Assembly (NCBI RefSeq): GCF_037902255.1
Contig: NZ_CP147990.1
Span: 690,001 to 722,000 of the forward strand
DNA from: Candidatus Electrothrix sp. GW3-4
GTDB lineage: Bacteria; Desulfobacterota; Desulfobulbia; Desulfobulbales; Desulfobulbaceae
Reading direction: 5' to 3'
Length of the DNA stretch: 32,000 nucleotides
Part shown: piece after piece, positions 1 through 10,204 of the stretch
How the letters are laid out: each line of letters begins with the position of its first letter
Numbering within the stretch: position 1 is the stretch's first letter
Position numbers and translations under genes: made by a program
The notes under the pieces: generated by a model
Databases searched by the model: none
Seen by the model: the letters and a program-made list of their open reading frames with translations, nothing else
Told to the model about the DNA's origin: nothing

Positions 1-1361
1 CAGTCGCTTTAAAAGAACGGGAAAATCAGATTCATGTCAAGGGGGAGGCCCCTTTTAATATTGTCTGCAATAAGGACAGTCTGGCAGGAGCGGTCAGTCA
101 GCGGGCCTGCGTGTTTTGTGGTTCACGAGTTGTCTTGTACCCCATTGCTGATGCCCTGCATCTGGTGCATGGTCCCATCGGCTGCGCTGTCTATACCTGG
201 GATATCCGTGGCGCCCTGTCTTCCGGTCCGGAATTGCATCGCCTTTCTTTTTCCACCGATCTCCAGGAGATCGATGTTATCTTTGGCGGGGAAAAGAAAC
301 TGCGTCGGGCCTTGATGGAGCTCATTGCGCGTCACCAGCCCAAGGCGGCCTTTGTTTATTCCACCTGTATTGTCGGTATTATTGGTGATGACCTTGAGGC
401 AGTCTGTAAAAGTGTGACCGCTGAAACCGGTGTTACTGTGATTCCTGTACAGTCGGAAGGCTTTAAGGGGAATAAGCGGGCAGGGTATCAGGCAGCCTGT
501 GATGCCATGTTCCGGCTTATCGGGACCGGAGAAACGGAGGGGATCTCTAAATATTCTCTCAATATCCTGGGGGACTTTAATCTCGCTGGCGAGATCTGGA
601 TGATTCGTGAATATTATGAAAAGATGGGTATCGAGGTGGTGGCCAATATCACTGGCGATGGTCGTGTGGGCGATATTCGGCGGGCCCATGGTGCCGCTCT
701 GAATGTAGTGCAGTGTTCCGGTTCAACTATGCAGCTGGCTAATATGATGGAAGATAAATATGGGGCTCCTTCCTTGCGGGTATCCTATTTTGGCATTGAG
801 GACATGTCCGAGGCCCTGTACGATATTGCTCGATTCTTCCAGGAAAAATATCCCGATGATCCTGAATCCGATCGAATCATGGAGCGGACCAAGGCCCTGG
901 TCCAGGAAAAGGTGGGTGAGCTGGTCCCGAAATTAGAGAAATACCGCAAGGCCCTGGCCGGGAAAAAGGCTGCTATCTATGTAGGGGGCTCGTTCAAGGC
1001 CTTTTCTCTGGTCAAGGCCTTTCGCCTGGTGGATATGGATGTAGTTATGGTGGGCTCTCAGACCGGTACTGAAGAGGATTATCGGGAGCTGGAGGCCATT
1101 ACAGATCCAGGCACGGTTATTGTCGATGATGCTAACCCCTTGGAGCTGAATAGCTTTTTGAAGGAAAAAGGCGTTGATATCTTTGTCGGCGGAGTCAAGG
1201 AACGACCCATTGCCTATAAATTGGGCATTGGTTTCTGTGATCATAATCATGAGCGTAAGGAGGCCTTGGCTGGCTTTGAGGGCATGCTCAACTTTGCCAA
1301 GGAGGTCTATTCCTCGGTGATGAGTCCGGTCTGGCGCTTTGTCCCCAGGAATCAGGCCTGA
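1..1361 (+). CDS. NifE/NifD-family nitrogenase component-1-like protein (NifE-like); 5' end lies outside the window
   Basis: The frame is open from nt 3 (VALKERENQIHVKGEAPFNIVCNKDSLAGAVSQRACVFCGSR...). Motifs seen: HLVHGPIGCA, YSTCIVGIIGDD, VVQCSGS, and a C-terminal CDHNHERKEALAGFEGMLNFAKEV...SPVW, which resemble NifE as I recall it. No nifN-like gene follows. Confidence 0.7.
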   Translation, partial: VALKERENQIHVKGEAPFNIVCNKDSLAGAVSQRACVFCGSRVVLYPIADALHLVHGPIGCAVYTWDIRGALSSGPELHRLSFSTDLQEIDVIFGGEKKLRRALMELIARHQPKAAFVYSTCIVGIIGDDLEAVCKSVTAETGVTVIPVQSEGFKGNKRAGYQAACDAMFRLIGTGETEGISKYSLNILGDFNLAGEIWMIREYYEKMGIEVVANITGDGRVGDIRRAHGAALNVVQCSGSTMQLANMMEDKYGAPSLRVSYFGIEDMSEALYDIARFFQEKYPDDPESDRIMERTKALVQEKVGELVPKLEKYRKALAGKKAAIYVGGSFKAFSLVKAFRLVDMDVVMVGSQTGTEEDYRELEAITDPGTVIVDDANPLELNSFLKEKGVDIFVGGVKERPIAYKLGIGFCDHNHERKEALAGFEGMLNFAKEVYSSVMSPVWRFVPRNQA

Positions 1362-1658
1362 TATTTTATCTGGTAAATCTTTCGTCTTTTCTCTTTTATT
1401 TAGAAACGTTTTTGTTGGTTCTGATGCGTTTGGCCAACAGCTATACTGGCCGAACGCATGAGTCTGTATTTCCCTCGCTCCTTTTATCTCACCTTGTTTT
1501 TTTCTGTGTCCTCTCTGTCGTCATCCTGCCATTAAGGGGGGATCCTTTGAGGATGTACTTGATTGTGCTCTCTTCTTCTCTTTTTTCGTCTGACCTTTTT
1601 GAACTCCTCAATATTGCAAGAGAAGGGTGGGGGAAGAGAGGGGAACGATTCTGTGCGT

Positions 1659-1689
1659 TTTGGAATTCATAGTTGCATTTTCGTATAAT
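1659..1689 (+). promoter_or_regulatory. Candidate sigma70-type promoter (TTGGAA-19 nt-TATAAT) upstream of the aminotransferase gene
   Basis: TTGGAA at 1659-1664 and TATAAT at 1684-1689. The 19-nt spacer is longer than optimal. The call rests on sequence pattern only. Confidence 0.2.
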
Positions 1690-1865
1690 GTGTAGTTAGT
1701 TCGGTCAGGTTGATTTATTACGTTATTATACTCGAAACATGTGAGTAACGTGCTTTTTCTGTTTGCAGAGAGCAGAAAAATATCATCTTGAGTGAGTTAG
1801 AGTTCTATCGAAGGTGACGGAGCGTTTTTCCGTACTTCGAGTCTAAGTATAAGAAAGAGGAACGA

Positions 1866-3053
1866 ATGACCGTAGCAAAAAAAATGCAGGAGTTTGCCGA
1901 TAACTCGTCCTGGATTCGTAAGATGTTTGAGCGAGGTGCCAGGATGAAGGCAGAATTCGGCGCGGAAAATGTGTTCGATTTCAGTCTCGGCAATCCGGAT
2001 GTCGCACCACCAGCGAAATTTTTTGAGGTGTTGGCTGATCTGGCTGAATGTGATACTCCAGGAATGCACGCCTATATGCCCAACGGCGGTTATCCTTATG
2101 TGCGAGAGGCCGTGGCAGCTCAGTTGTCCGAGGAACAAGGGGCGGAGATTAGTATGGGCGATGTCCTTATGACCTGTGGAGCAGCAGGTGCCCTGAATGT
2201 GGTTATGAAATCCCTGCTGGACCCCGGCGATGAGGTCATTGTCCTGAGTCCGTTTTTTGTTGAGTATCATTTCTACGTGGATAACCACGGCGGTGTGGTC
2301 AAGATTGTGCCGACGGACGATGAGTTTCAACTTGACCTGGCAGCTCTTGAGGAGGCCTTGACAGAGAAGACCAAGGCCGTGCTGATCAACAGTCCCAATA
2401 ATCCTACGGGCCAGCTGTACAGTGCCGAGTCCCTGGCTGCTCTTGGTACCTTGCTGGATCGGGCAGGGGAAAATTTCTGCACCACGATTTATCTGATCTC
2501 CGATGAACCGTATAGGAAGATTGTTTTTGATGGGACAGAAGTGCCCTCTATTATGGCCACCACGACCAACTCCATCGTGGTCTCTTCCTATTCTAAGGAT
2601 CTCTCCCTGCCTGGTGAGCGGATTGGTTATATTGCCGTGCATCCGGAAATGCACGAAAAAGACCTGTTGCTCAATGCGATGACCTTGGCCAATCGTATCC
2701 TCGGTTTTGTCAATGCACCTGCCTTGATGCAGCGGGCAGTTGCTGAGCTGCAAGAGGAGAGCGTGAATGCGTCTGTTTATGAGGAGAGGCGTAAGGTGTT
2801 TTGCGAGGTGCTGGATGAGGCAGGCCTGGAGTATGTCATGCCTAAGGGGGCCTTTTACCTTTTTCCCAAAGCACCTATTGCCGATGATGTGGAATTTTGC
2901 CGCTTGCTTCAGGAGGAAAAGATTCTGGCAGTACCAGGGCGGGGATTCGGGGTTTCCGGTCATATTCGCTTGGCCTTTTGTGTGGATAAAGAGGTGATTG
3001 CCAGGTCGGTGGAAGGATTTAAACGGGCTGTGGCCAAGGCAAAGGGCGTATAG
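1866..3053 (+). CDS. Pyridoxal-phosphate-dependent aminotransferase, class I/II (aspartate/aromatic aminotransferase-like)
   Basis: 395-aa ORF with RBS AGAGGA upstream. Motifs: NSPNNPTG, SYSKDLSLPGERIGY (PLP-lysine context) and GRGFG near the C-terminus. Confidence 0.9.
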   Translation: MTVAKKMQEFADNSSWIRKMFERGARMKAEFGAENVFDFSLGNPDVAPPAKFFEVLADLAECDTPGMHAYMPNGGYPYVREAVAAQLSEEQGAEISMGDVLMTCGAAGALNVVMKSLLDPGDEVIVLSPFFVEYHFYVDNHGGVVKIVPTDDEFQLDLAALEEALTEKTKAVLINSPNNPTGQLYSAESLAALGTLLDRAGENFCTTIYLISDEPYRKIVFDGTEVPSIMATTTNSIVVSSYSKDLSLPGERIGYIAVHPEMHEKDLLLNAMTLANRILGFVNAPALMQRAVAELQEESVNASVYEERRKVFCEVLDEAGLEYVMPKGAFYLFPKAPIADDVEFCRLLQEEKILAVPGRGFGVSGHIRLAFCVDKEVIARSVEGFKRAVAKAKGV

Positions 3054-3071
3054 TTGTGTCCTTTTATCACG

Positions 3072-3551
3072 ATGAGAAGCAAGGCTCGAGCGTTCGCTCT
3101 TCAGCATCACGGAGAACAGAGGTACGGGGAGCATCCCTATGTTGTCCATCTTGATGCTGTGGCTGAGCTCGTGCAACAATACGGTGAGACAGCGGTTGTC
3201 ATTGCCTATCTCCACGATGTTATCGAGGATACCGATGTCAGTATTCGCGAGCTTGAGGAGGTATTCGGGCCCTTGGTTGCCGATTGTGTCACTGTCCTCA
3301 CTGATGAGCCTGGAAAGGATCGTCAGGAGCGCAAGGAGAAAACCTACCGCAAGATGGCTCAAATTAATGGGGCAACAGAGATCGCCTTGGTAGTCAAGGC
3401 CGCAGATAGGCTTGCTAATATGCGTGCCTGCCTTACGGGAAGAAAAGAGAGACTCTTGGCCGTCTATAAGGATGAGCATCCGGTCTTTACAAAGGCCGTG
3501 TTCAGGCCAGGGCTCTGTGACGAAATCTGGTCTGAATTTGCTGAATTATAA
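3072..3551 (+). CDS. HD-domain protein resembling the RelA/SpoT hydrolase domain (small alarmone hydrolase-like)
   Basis: HHGEQRYGEHPYVVHLDAV...YLHDVIEDT fits the H...HD pattern of (p)ppGpp hydrolase domains, and no synthetase domain is present. The ATG at 3072 is preferred over the TTG at 3054. Confidence 0.7.
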   Translation: MRSKARAFALQHHGEQRYGEHPYVVHLDAVAELVQQYGETAVVIAYLHDVIEDTDVSIRELEEVFGPLVADCVTVLTDEPGKDRQERKEKTYRKMAQINGATEIALVVKAADRLANMRACLTGRKERLLAVYKDEHPVFTKAVFRPGLCDEIWSEFAEL

Positions 3552-3611
3552 CCTGTTATCCCGTGTGGTTTGCTGCCTCCTGAATGCAGAGGGAGGGCGT
3601 GGGTGAAATCA

Positions 3612-4640
3612 ATGAAGGAATTCTTCTCCAAGAGAACTCGCATGCTCGCTGCTCTTGCCTTCTGTTTTCTCCTGCTCTGCATTTCGGCGATCGTGACTAT
3701 CCGGCAGCCAACCTCGAAGGAAAACCCTTTCCCTTCAGACCTTCGGGCAGACCCGGACCGACTTCGTTGGCATGTCGAGTATCTGGCTGAAGAGCTTGCT
3801 CCCCGTAATCATAACCACCCTAAAAAACTGGCCGCCACTGTCCGTTACATCACAACCGGACTTTCCGTTCCCGGTACCCAGGTCTCTCTTCAATCTTATA
3901 GGGCGGAAAATGCCGCTTCAGGCCAGCAAGAACAGGTGAATATTATTGCCCGCTTCGGTTCAAGGGAAGGACCTGTGGTGATTATTGGAGCACATTATGA
4001 TGCGTTTGGCGATTTTCCTGGTGCAGACGATAATGCAAGCGGCATAGCTGGCTTACTGGAGCTGGCTCGGCTGCTGAGTCGGCGAGAGATAACAGGCAAT
4101 ATTGAGTTGGTGGCCTATGGAACGGAAGAAGACCCTTTTTTCGGCACCGAACAGATGGGCAGTGCTGTTCATGCCCAGAGGTTAGCTGAGCAGGGGCGGA
4201 CGGTAAAGGCCATGCTCTGTCTGGAGATGATCGGTTATTTTGTGGAGCAGCAGGAGTATAACTCATGGGTTCTGCGCTTGATCTACCCTCAGAACGGGCT
4301 CTATGCCGCTGTTGTCGGGCGGTGGCAGGATCGTCATCTGGCAAAGACGGTCAAGCGTTGCTTTGATGGGGCATCTGATCTGCCTACGGTGAGTTACTCT
4401 GGTCCTGTTCTCTTTGGTGCGGACCTTTCCGACCATCGCAATTACTGGCAGCACGGTTATCCTGCCGTAATGATTACCGACACTGCCTTTCTGCGCAATC
4501 ATAATTATCATGCTGCGGGCGATACCCCTGATACGCTGGACTATCAGCGCATGGCCAAGGTGGTTGATGGCGTGCTCAGTACAGCCCTCACCCTTTCCTT
4601 ATCAACATCTTCTGAGAAAACAGGGGCTATATCGCCCTGA
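3612..4640 (+). CDS. M28-family metallopeptidase (aminopeptidase-like), membrane-anchored or secreted
   Basis: N-terminal hydrophobic segment LAALAFCFLLLCISAIV. Motifs: GAHYDAF and GADDNASGIAGLLELARLL. The ATG at 3612 is chosen inside the 3570 ORF. Confidence 0.8.
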   Translation: MKEFFSKRTRMLAALAFCFLLLCISAIVTIRQPTSKENPFPSDLRADPDRLRWHVEYLAEELAPRNHNHPKKLAATVRYITTGLSVPGTQVSLQSYRAENAASGQQEQVNIIARFGSREGPVVIIGAHYDAFGDFPGADDNASGIAGLLELARLLSRREITGNIELVAYGTEEDPFFGTEQMGSAVHAQRLAEQGRTVKAMLCLEMIGYFVEQQEYNSWVLRLIYPQNGLYAAVVGRWQDRHLAKTVKRCFDGASDLPTVSYSGPVLFGADLSDHRNYWQHGYPAVMITDTAFLRNHNYHAAGDTPDTLDYQRMAKVVDGVLSTALTLSLSTSSEKTGAISP

Positions 4641-4982
4641 GAATCTCACAGAGCATACCGCTTAATTCTCTGGAACTTTCATGTCATGGGTTGCTGGTGC
4701 CCCATTGCCCCTTTCTGGATGATCCCTCCAGGATGACTCCTTGATTTTTTTACAATAAAAAGAAGAGATCTGTGAATAGATGTCGACAGATATCCGAGGT
4801 ATGATTATTTTTTACTCTATATATATGAAAGTGGTCAGCGTGTTGCCCGCCATTTTTATTTTTTGTTATCCTGGCCCGCTGGACCGGGATAGGAGTTTAG
4901 AAGAGAAGAAAAAGGTGTCTGGCCCCGAAGGGGGAGTTTGCACAGAACATGCCGTTAATCGAACCAGCAGGAACAGGGCGTG

Positions 4983-6722
4983 ATGTCGAGTAAAGGGGCC
5001 TGGGATGAGGTCAAGAACAGGGTCCGCGAGGCAGCGGATATTGTCCAGGTGATCGGTGAGCATGTGCAGCTGAAAAAGGCTGGGAATGCCTTTACCGGTC
5101 TTTGTCCCTTTCACGGAGAGAAAACATCGTCTTTTTCCGTTAATCCACAACGGCAGTTTTTTCACTGTTTTGGTTGCCATGAGTCTGGTGACGTCTTCTC
5201 TTTTATGATGAAATATCATCATATGGCCTTTCCTGAAGCGCTTAAAGAGCTTGCCCGGCGCTATCAAATTGATCTTCCTGAGCGTAATCTCACCGATGTC
5301 CAGCGGGAGCGCATGCGGCAACGCGAGCAGCTCTATCAGGTCAATCAGGAGGCTGCTCGCATCTTTCATGAGACTCTTGTCTCGTCGCCCCAGGCTCAGG
5401 CGGCTCGGCAATATCTGCAAGAACGCGGGGTGCCGCAGGAGGCGATGGTGAAATACCAACTCGGCTACGCCCCTCCCCCTGAAAGCGGTGGTTGGCAGTT
5501 TCTTATCACTCGCTTGCAAAAGAAGAATTTTTCCGTGGCCGCTATTGAGCAGGCTGGCCTTGCTGTCCGCAAGGAGCAAGGGCGATACTATGATCGCTTT
5601 CGCGATCGTGTTCTCTTTCCTATCTATGATATGAGTGGCCGCGAGGTGGCCTTTGGCGGACGTATCCTTGGTCAGGGAAAACCCAAGTATATGAACTCCC
5701 CAGAGAGCATGGTTTTTGCCAAAGGGAGCCTTCTCTTTGGTCTCTATCAACATCGTCAGGCCATTCGCTCTGCTCAACGTGCTATTGTGGTGGAGGGGAA
5801 TTTTGATCTCCTGCTCTTGGCGGTTCACGGGATTGATAATGTGGTTGCGCCGCTGGGAACAGCTCTGACTCGGGAACATATTGAGGCCCTACGTCGATAC
5901 TGTGATGAGGTGGTGCTCCTCTTTGATGGTGATTCCGCCGGGCTCCGAGCAGCACGGCGTTCCATCCCCTTTTTTCTCAGTGAACGGCTGGAGGCCAAGG
6001 TGGCGTTGCTGCCAACGGGACATGATCCTGATAGCCTGGTACGGGAAAAGGGCGTGGTTGTCGTTCGAAAGTTGATTGAAGAGGCGGATTCCCTTGCTGA
6101 GTTTGTTTTTTCCGCGCTCAAGGAAGAGCACGGGTTGACCCTGTCTGGCAAGAATCGGATTATAGCGGAATTGGCTGACCTGATGGAGCAGGCCACTGAT
6201 GCAGATCAGCAGGAGTTAATGGCGGCCCATTTCGCTGAGCAACTTGGAGTCTCTCCTGACCGTTTTCTCATTGAACAAAAAGGGAGCGAGCAAGTTGCTC
6301 AAGCTTCTGAACACCCTGCTGATCATTATGCAGAGCAACAATGGGCTTCAGGGGAGGGAATGGTATTGCCACCCGATGAGGACTGGGGACAGTCGGGACC
6401 TCCTCCAGATGTGGAGGAAGAGGGCTGGGATGCGTATTCTCCCTTGGGAGCGGAGGAAAGATCAGCTTCCTTGTATGAGCTTCCCAAAAAACAGCGACAG
6501 TTGCTGGACTTTTTATTGCTGTACCCTGAGTATCTGCCGGATCTGCTTGCGGGTGGCCTTAAGGAGGCGCTGGATTCATCGCCTGTCATGGGGATTGTCG
6601 ATGCAATGGAGCAGCTTGCTGCTGCCGGGAGTTATGCACCGGAGCAGTTGCTCTCCGTTGTTATATCACCTCAGGAGAGACAATATCTTGCTGAGCTGCT
6701 TATTCAGGGGGAGATCCTTTGA
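4983..6722 (+). CDS. dnaG: DNA primase DnaG; the reading frame ends prematurely relative to the tail ORF that follows
   Basis: Zinc finger CPFHGEKTSSFSVNPQRQFFHCFGCHESGD. TOPRIM motifs VVEGNFD and LLFDGDSAG. Confidence 0.95.
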   Translation: MSSKGAWDEVKNRVREAADIVQVIGEHVQLKKAGNAFTGLCPFHGEKTSSFSVNPQRQFFHCFGCHESGDVFSFMMKYHHMAFPEALKELARRYQIDLPERNLTDVQRERMRQREQLYQVNQEAARIFHETLVSSPQAQAARQYLQERGVPQEAMVKYQLGYAPPPESGGWQFLITRLQKKNFSVAAIEQAGLAVRKEQGRYYDRFRDRVLFPIYDMSGREVAFGGRILGQGKPKYMNSPESMVFAKGSLLFGLYQHRQAIRSAQRAIVVEGNFDLLLLAVHGIDNVVAPLGTALTREHIEALRRYCDEVVLLFDGDSAGLRAARRSIPFFLSERLEAKVALLPTGHDPDSLVREKGVVVVRKLIEEADSLAEFVFSALKEEHGLTLSGKNRIIAELADLMEQATDADQQELMAAHFAEQLGVSPDRFLIEQKGSEQVAQASEHPADHYAEQQWASGEGMVLPPDEDWGQSGPPPDVEEEGWDAYSPLGAEERSASLYELPKKQRQLLDFLLLYPEYLPDLLAGGLKEALDSSPVMGIVDAMEQLAAAGSYAPEQLLSVVISPQERQYLAELLIQGEIL

Positions 6723-6928
6723 AGGATGCGGCAGAAGAGCAGGGCCGGGCGTTTTGTGACGAACTCCTTGTATGGCTCAAAAATATGCTGCAGCAGAGAG
6801 AGGGGGGGGCGTTGCAGAAGCAGATTCTTGCCGCCGAACAGGCAGGAGATGACGTTCTTGTCAGTGAGTTGCAGAGAAAAAAGATGCTTGTGCTCCAGGG
6901 AAAAAAACGTCATGGGGATGGAGGTTGA
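6719..6928 (+). pseudogene. dnaG: Out-of-frame C-terminal tail of DnaG (apparent frameshift at the G5 run 6707-6711)
   Basis: The 69-aa ORF overlaps the dnaG stop. One extra G in the G5 run would give ...IQGGDPLKDAAEEQGRAFCDELL... and fuse the two ORFs. The tail (LQKQILAAEQAGDDVLVSELQRKKMLV) looks like the helical extreme C-terminus of primases. Confidence 0.55.
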
Positions 6929-7525
6929 TGCTCGTTGATATTTTTTTGATAGGTGTTGAATTGTGCTACGTTGTGAGCTTAAAGGAAAATTTTTCTTTTG
7001 GGAATAAGCGGGTGTTTGCGGGTGTTGATTGTTGTTGATAATTGTTTGAAAAGTTATTATATTTTTTCTGTTAAATTGATAATGGAATTGTCAATTGTTA
7101 GGAAATGATTAGGAGAAAAAAGAGAAAAATTTTTTTTCGTGTAAAAAAAACTGTACAAGGGGTGTAGTAAATTGTACATTGCAGAGTGAGGTAATGATGG
7201 TACTGCCTGTTTTTGGCAGTATTATGTGATGTTCTGATTTGTTTTTTTCAGGTTGAAAAGTTTGGTGCAAAATAGAATGGCTGGACGCCATCGGGTCAGG
7301 GCGACAAATGAAACGCATTTCGCTTGCCAGATGTCGAGATTTTGTGATGAACTTTTTTCAATCTGCCGATCTGTGAAGCACAAGAGAAAGGGTTGAACGC
7401 TTTGGGCGGTGCAAAAAAAAATCGCCTTGGGTCGGAATAAACAAAAAGCCGCTTATGCAGGTCCACGGGGAGAGGGCATTGCTTAAGTGATTTCGGTTTT
7501 TTGATGATACGGAGGAGGTATCTAC

Positions 7526-9037
7526 GTGAAGAACCAGACAGGAAAATCTTCAGAAATCTACGAAGAAGAGGGCGCCAGTTTGTCAACTGATGAGGGTCAG
7601 GAAAAAGATGGCAAGGTCGTTGAGAGTGATCATAGGGATGCCTATAGTATTGATCCTATGAATATTTATCTTCGTGAAATGGGCAGTCTTGATCTGCTCA
7701 GCTACGAGGAAGAAATCAAGCTGGCTCAGAAACTGGAAGAGGGGGAGGCAAGGATTCAGAATGCTGTTCTGCGTCTGACCCTGGGTATGAAGACCTTGAA
7801 AGGCCTGGAAAAAGGCCTGGAAAGGGGGAATATGCGTATCGGATCTGTTCTGAATGGAATATCCGATAGTGACGAAAAAGAGCTGGCAGCCGTCCGGACA
7901 TCCTTCTTGAAAGGTATAGAAGAGGCGAAGAGGCTCAATCAGCGCCGGGTCGCTTTATTTGAAGAACTGCGAGCAACGGCAGGCGAAAGCGAGGAAAAAG
8001 CGCTGTGGCGGGAAATTCGGTCAGTCGGTCTACGGATAGTCGAGTTATTTCAACCGTACCGGATCAGCTCCAAAAAACTCCTTTCAACGGCAAAGGCAGT
8101 TGAGGAGTTTAATGAAAAGGTTAAAAAGGTTCGTGTACAAGCGCAAAGGGAGTCTTTGCTGGCTGCACATAGGGGAGAGGCTGAAAAAAACGCGCCAAGG
8201 AGAGTTGATAACGAGCAGCGAATTAACTTGGATTTAGCTGAAACCATCGGGCTGGACTACCAGAGTTTTGCCGAACTCTTTCAGGAAGTGAAGGCCGGAA
8301 AAGAGACTGTCAGAGAAGCGAAAAAGACCCTTGTACGGGCCAATCTGCGGCTGGTTATCTCTATTTCCAAGAAATTTCTCAATCGAGGGATGTTGCTTCC
8401 TGATCTGATTCAGGAGGGCAATATTGGCCTGATGAAGGCTGTTGAGAAATATGACTATAATCGGGGGTATAAATTTTCTACCTACGCTACATGGTGGATA
8501 CGTCAGTCTATTAATCGCGGCATAGCTGATCAGGGAAGGACCATCAGATTGCCGGTGCATATGATTGAAGCTATTAATAGGATGCTTCGTTTTACCCGTG
8601 ATTTTCAGCGGATAGAAAGTAGAGAGCCCAGCCTGGAAGAAATGGCGGATCAGCTGGATACGGATGTGGAGTATGTGCATGCCGCATTAAAGACAGCACG
8701 TGACGCGATCTCTCTTGATGCACCTGTGGGTGATGAAGAAGACACCATGCTCAGTGATTTTATTGTTGATGAACTCAATCCTGGACCGCAGGACTTTTCC
8801 ATTACAGAAAGTCTGAAACGTTGTCTTGCCAAGGTGATGGGTGAGTTGACTGAGCGTGAAGAACAGGTGCTTCGCATGCGATATGGTATTGAGGTCGGCT
8901 GTGACCATACCCTGGAGGAAGTGGGGCAGCGTTTTGACGTGACCCGCGAAAGGATTCGTCAGATTGAGGCGCAGGCTATCAAGAAATTGCGCCATCCTTC
9001 CCGAAGTAAATACCTCGAACCGTTTATGTCTGACTGA
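7526..9037 (+). CDS. rpoD: RNA polymerase primary sigma factor (sigma-70 family, RpoD)
   Basis: GTG start 7 nt after the strong RBS GGAGGAGG. Region 2 motif [34 protein letters not shown]. Region 4.2 motif [30 protein letters not shown]. Confidence 0.95.
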   Translation: MKNQTGKSSEIYEEEGASLSTDEGQEKDGKVVESDHRDAYSIDPMNIYLREMGSLDLLSYEEEIKLAQKLEEGEARIQNAVLRLTLGMKTLKGLEKGLERGNMRIGSVLNGISDSDEKELAAVRTSFLKGIEEAKRLNQRRVALFEELRATAGESEEKALWREIRSVGLRIVELFQPYRISSKKLLSTAKAVEEFNEKVKKVRVQAQRESLLAAHRGEAEKNAPRRVDNEQRINLDLAETIGLDYQSFAELFQEVKAGKETVREAKKTLVRANLRLVISISKKFLNRGMLLPDLIQEGNIGLMKAVEKYDYNRGYKFSTYATWWIRQSINRGIADQGRTIRLPVHMIEAINRMLRFTRDFQRIESREPSLEEMADQLDTDVEYVHAALKTARDAISLDAPVGDEEDTMLSDFIVDELNPGPQDFSITESLKRCLAKVMGELTEREEQVLRMRYGIEVGCDHTLEEVGQRFDVTRERIRQIEAQAIKKLRHPSRSKYLEPFMSD

Positions 9038-9052
9038 TATCATCGCTGCCGA

Positions 9053-10204
9053 ATGGAGGGACGTAATGATATCCAAGACTGGCTGGCATTAATTGCCCTC
9101 CCTGGCCTTGGATGCGTCCTTGCCCGGCGCCTGCTTGCAGCCTTCGGAACACCTGGCAAGGTGCTGAAGGCTGGCAAGGCGGTTGCCGAGGTTCCTGGTA
9201 TTGGCAGAAATCTGGTTGAACTTTTTTCTAGCCCATCCCGGCTGGACAAGGCCCGCTTCTGGGCTGAACAGGAATGCGTTCGCGTTCATGCACAAGGCAT
9301 TCAGCTGCTCTGCTGTGATGACCCCCTTTATCCCTCTCTTCTCCTTAATATCCACGATTACCCTCTTCTTCTCTATTGCCTAGGGAATATTGATTGTCTT
9401 TGTCTTCCGGCGGTTGCGGTGGTTGGGTCCCGTACGCCAACAAATTACGGGAAAGGCGTGAGTGTTACCCTTGCTCAGCAACTTGTCAGGAAGGGGCTTG
9501 TTGTGGTCAGTGGGCTTGCCAAGGGAATTGATGGGCAGGCGCATATCGGTGCGCTTGAGGCGGGGGGAAAAACAATAGCCGTCCTCGGATGCGGTCTGGA
9601 TGTTGTCTATCCAGGCGCGCACGGTCCTCTGTATAAACAGATCGGCGAACAGGGATTGCTTATGAGTGAGTATCCCCTTGGTAGCCCACCAGAGGGATTC
9701 CGCTTTCCTGCCCGTAACCGCATTGTCAGTGGCCTTTCCTTGGGTGTTGTTATTGTCGAGGCTGCTGTCCGCTCCGGGGCATTGATCACAGCTAGGCTTG
9801 CCCTGGAGCAGAATAGGGAGGTCTTTGCTGTGCCAGGCAGAATTGACTCGCCAAAGAGCTCAGGGCCGCACGGTTTACTGCGACAGGGCGCTACCCTGGT
9901 CTGCTCTGTCGAAGATATTCTTGCCGAATTACCACCAGTGCTTCCTTCACAAGAAAGTGATCAGGTTCCTGCTCATAACGCCACTCCTCCCGTTGTCCCA
10001 AAAGATAAAACCATCGCCCTCCCTGATGATCTTTCTGAAGAAGAAAGGGCCTTGATGTCTGCCATGAAGGGGGGCTCGATAGATATTGAGCAGTTGTCTG
10101 AACTCTCTGCTTTGCCTCTGAATACTCTTCATGTCCTTCTTCTTGGCCTTGAGCTCCGCGGTTTGATTCGGCAGCTTCCGGGTCAACAGTACGTCCGATC
10201 TTAA
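9053..10204 (+). CDS. dprA: DNA-processing protein DprA (Smf)
   Basis: Rossmann-like core VVSGLAKGIDGQAHIGALEAGGKTIAVLGCGLDVVYP, plus FPARNRIVSGLS and a C-terminal winged-helix-like tail. Confidence 0.9.
   Translation: MEGRNDIQDWLALIALPGLGCVLARRLLAAFGTPGKVLKAGKAVAEVPGIGRNLVELFSSPSRLDKARFWAEQECVRVHAQGIQLLCCDDPLYPSLLLNIHDYPLLLYCLGNIDCLCLPAVAVVGSRTPTNYGKGVSVTLAQQLVRKGLVVVSGLAKGIDGQAHIGALEAGGKTIAVLGCGLDVVYPGAHGPLYKQIGEQGLLMSEYPLGSPPEGFRFPARNRIVSGLSLGVVIVEAAVRSGALITARLALEQNREVFAVPGRIDSPKSSGPHGLLRQGATLVCSVEDILAELPPVLPSQESDQVPAHNATPPVVPKDKTIALPDDLSEEERALMSAMKGGSIDIEQLSELSALPLNTLHVLLLGLELRGLIRQLPGQQYVRS

Noticed and set aside
1412-1672. An 86-aa ORF in the nifE-aminotransferase spacer, and the 67-aa ORF at 4780-4983 upstream of dnaG.
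   Set aside because: The translations are low-complexity and hydrophobic, derived from pyrimidine-rich DNA. There is no RBS and no motifs.
1797-3479. 560-aa ORF on the minus strand. Similar long antisense ORFs occur at 4866-5879, 13702-14442, 16436-17233, 21706-22839 and 27022-28413.
   Set aside because: Each lies antisense to a gene with clear family motifs (aminotransferase, dnaG, alpha/beta hydrolase, SPFH, hsdR, hsdM). Their translations are low-complexity and lack recognisable motifs. They are shadow ORFs.
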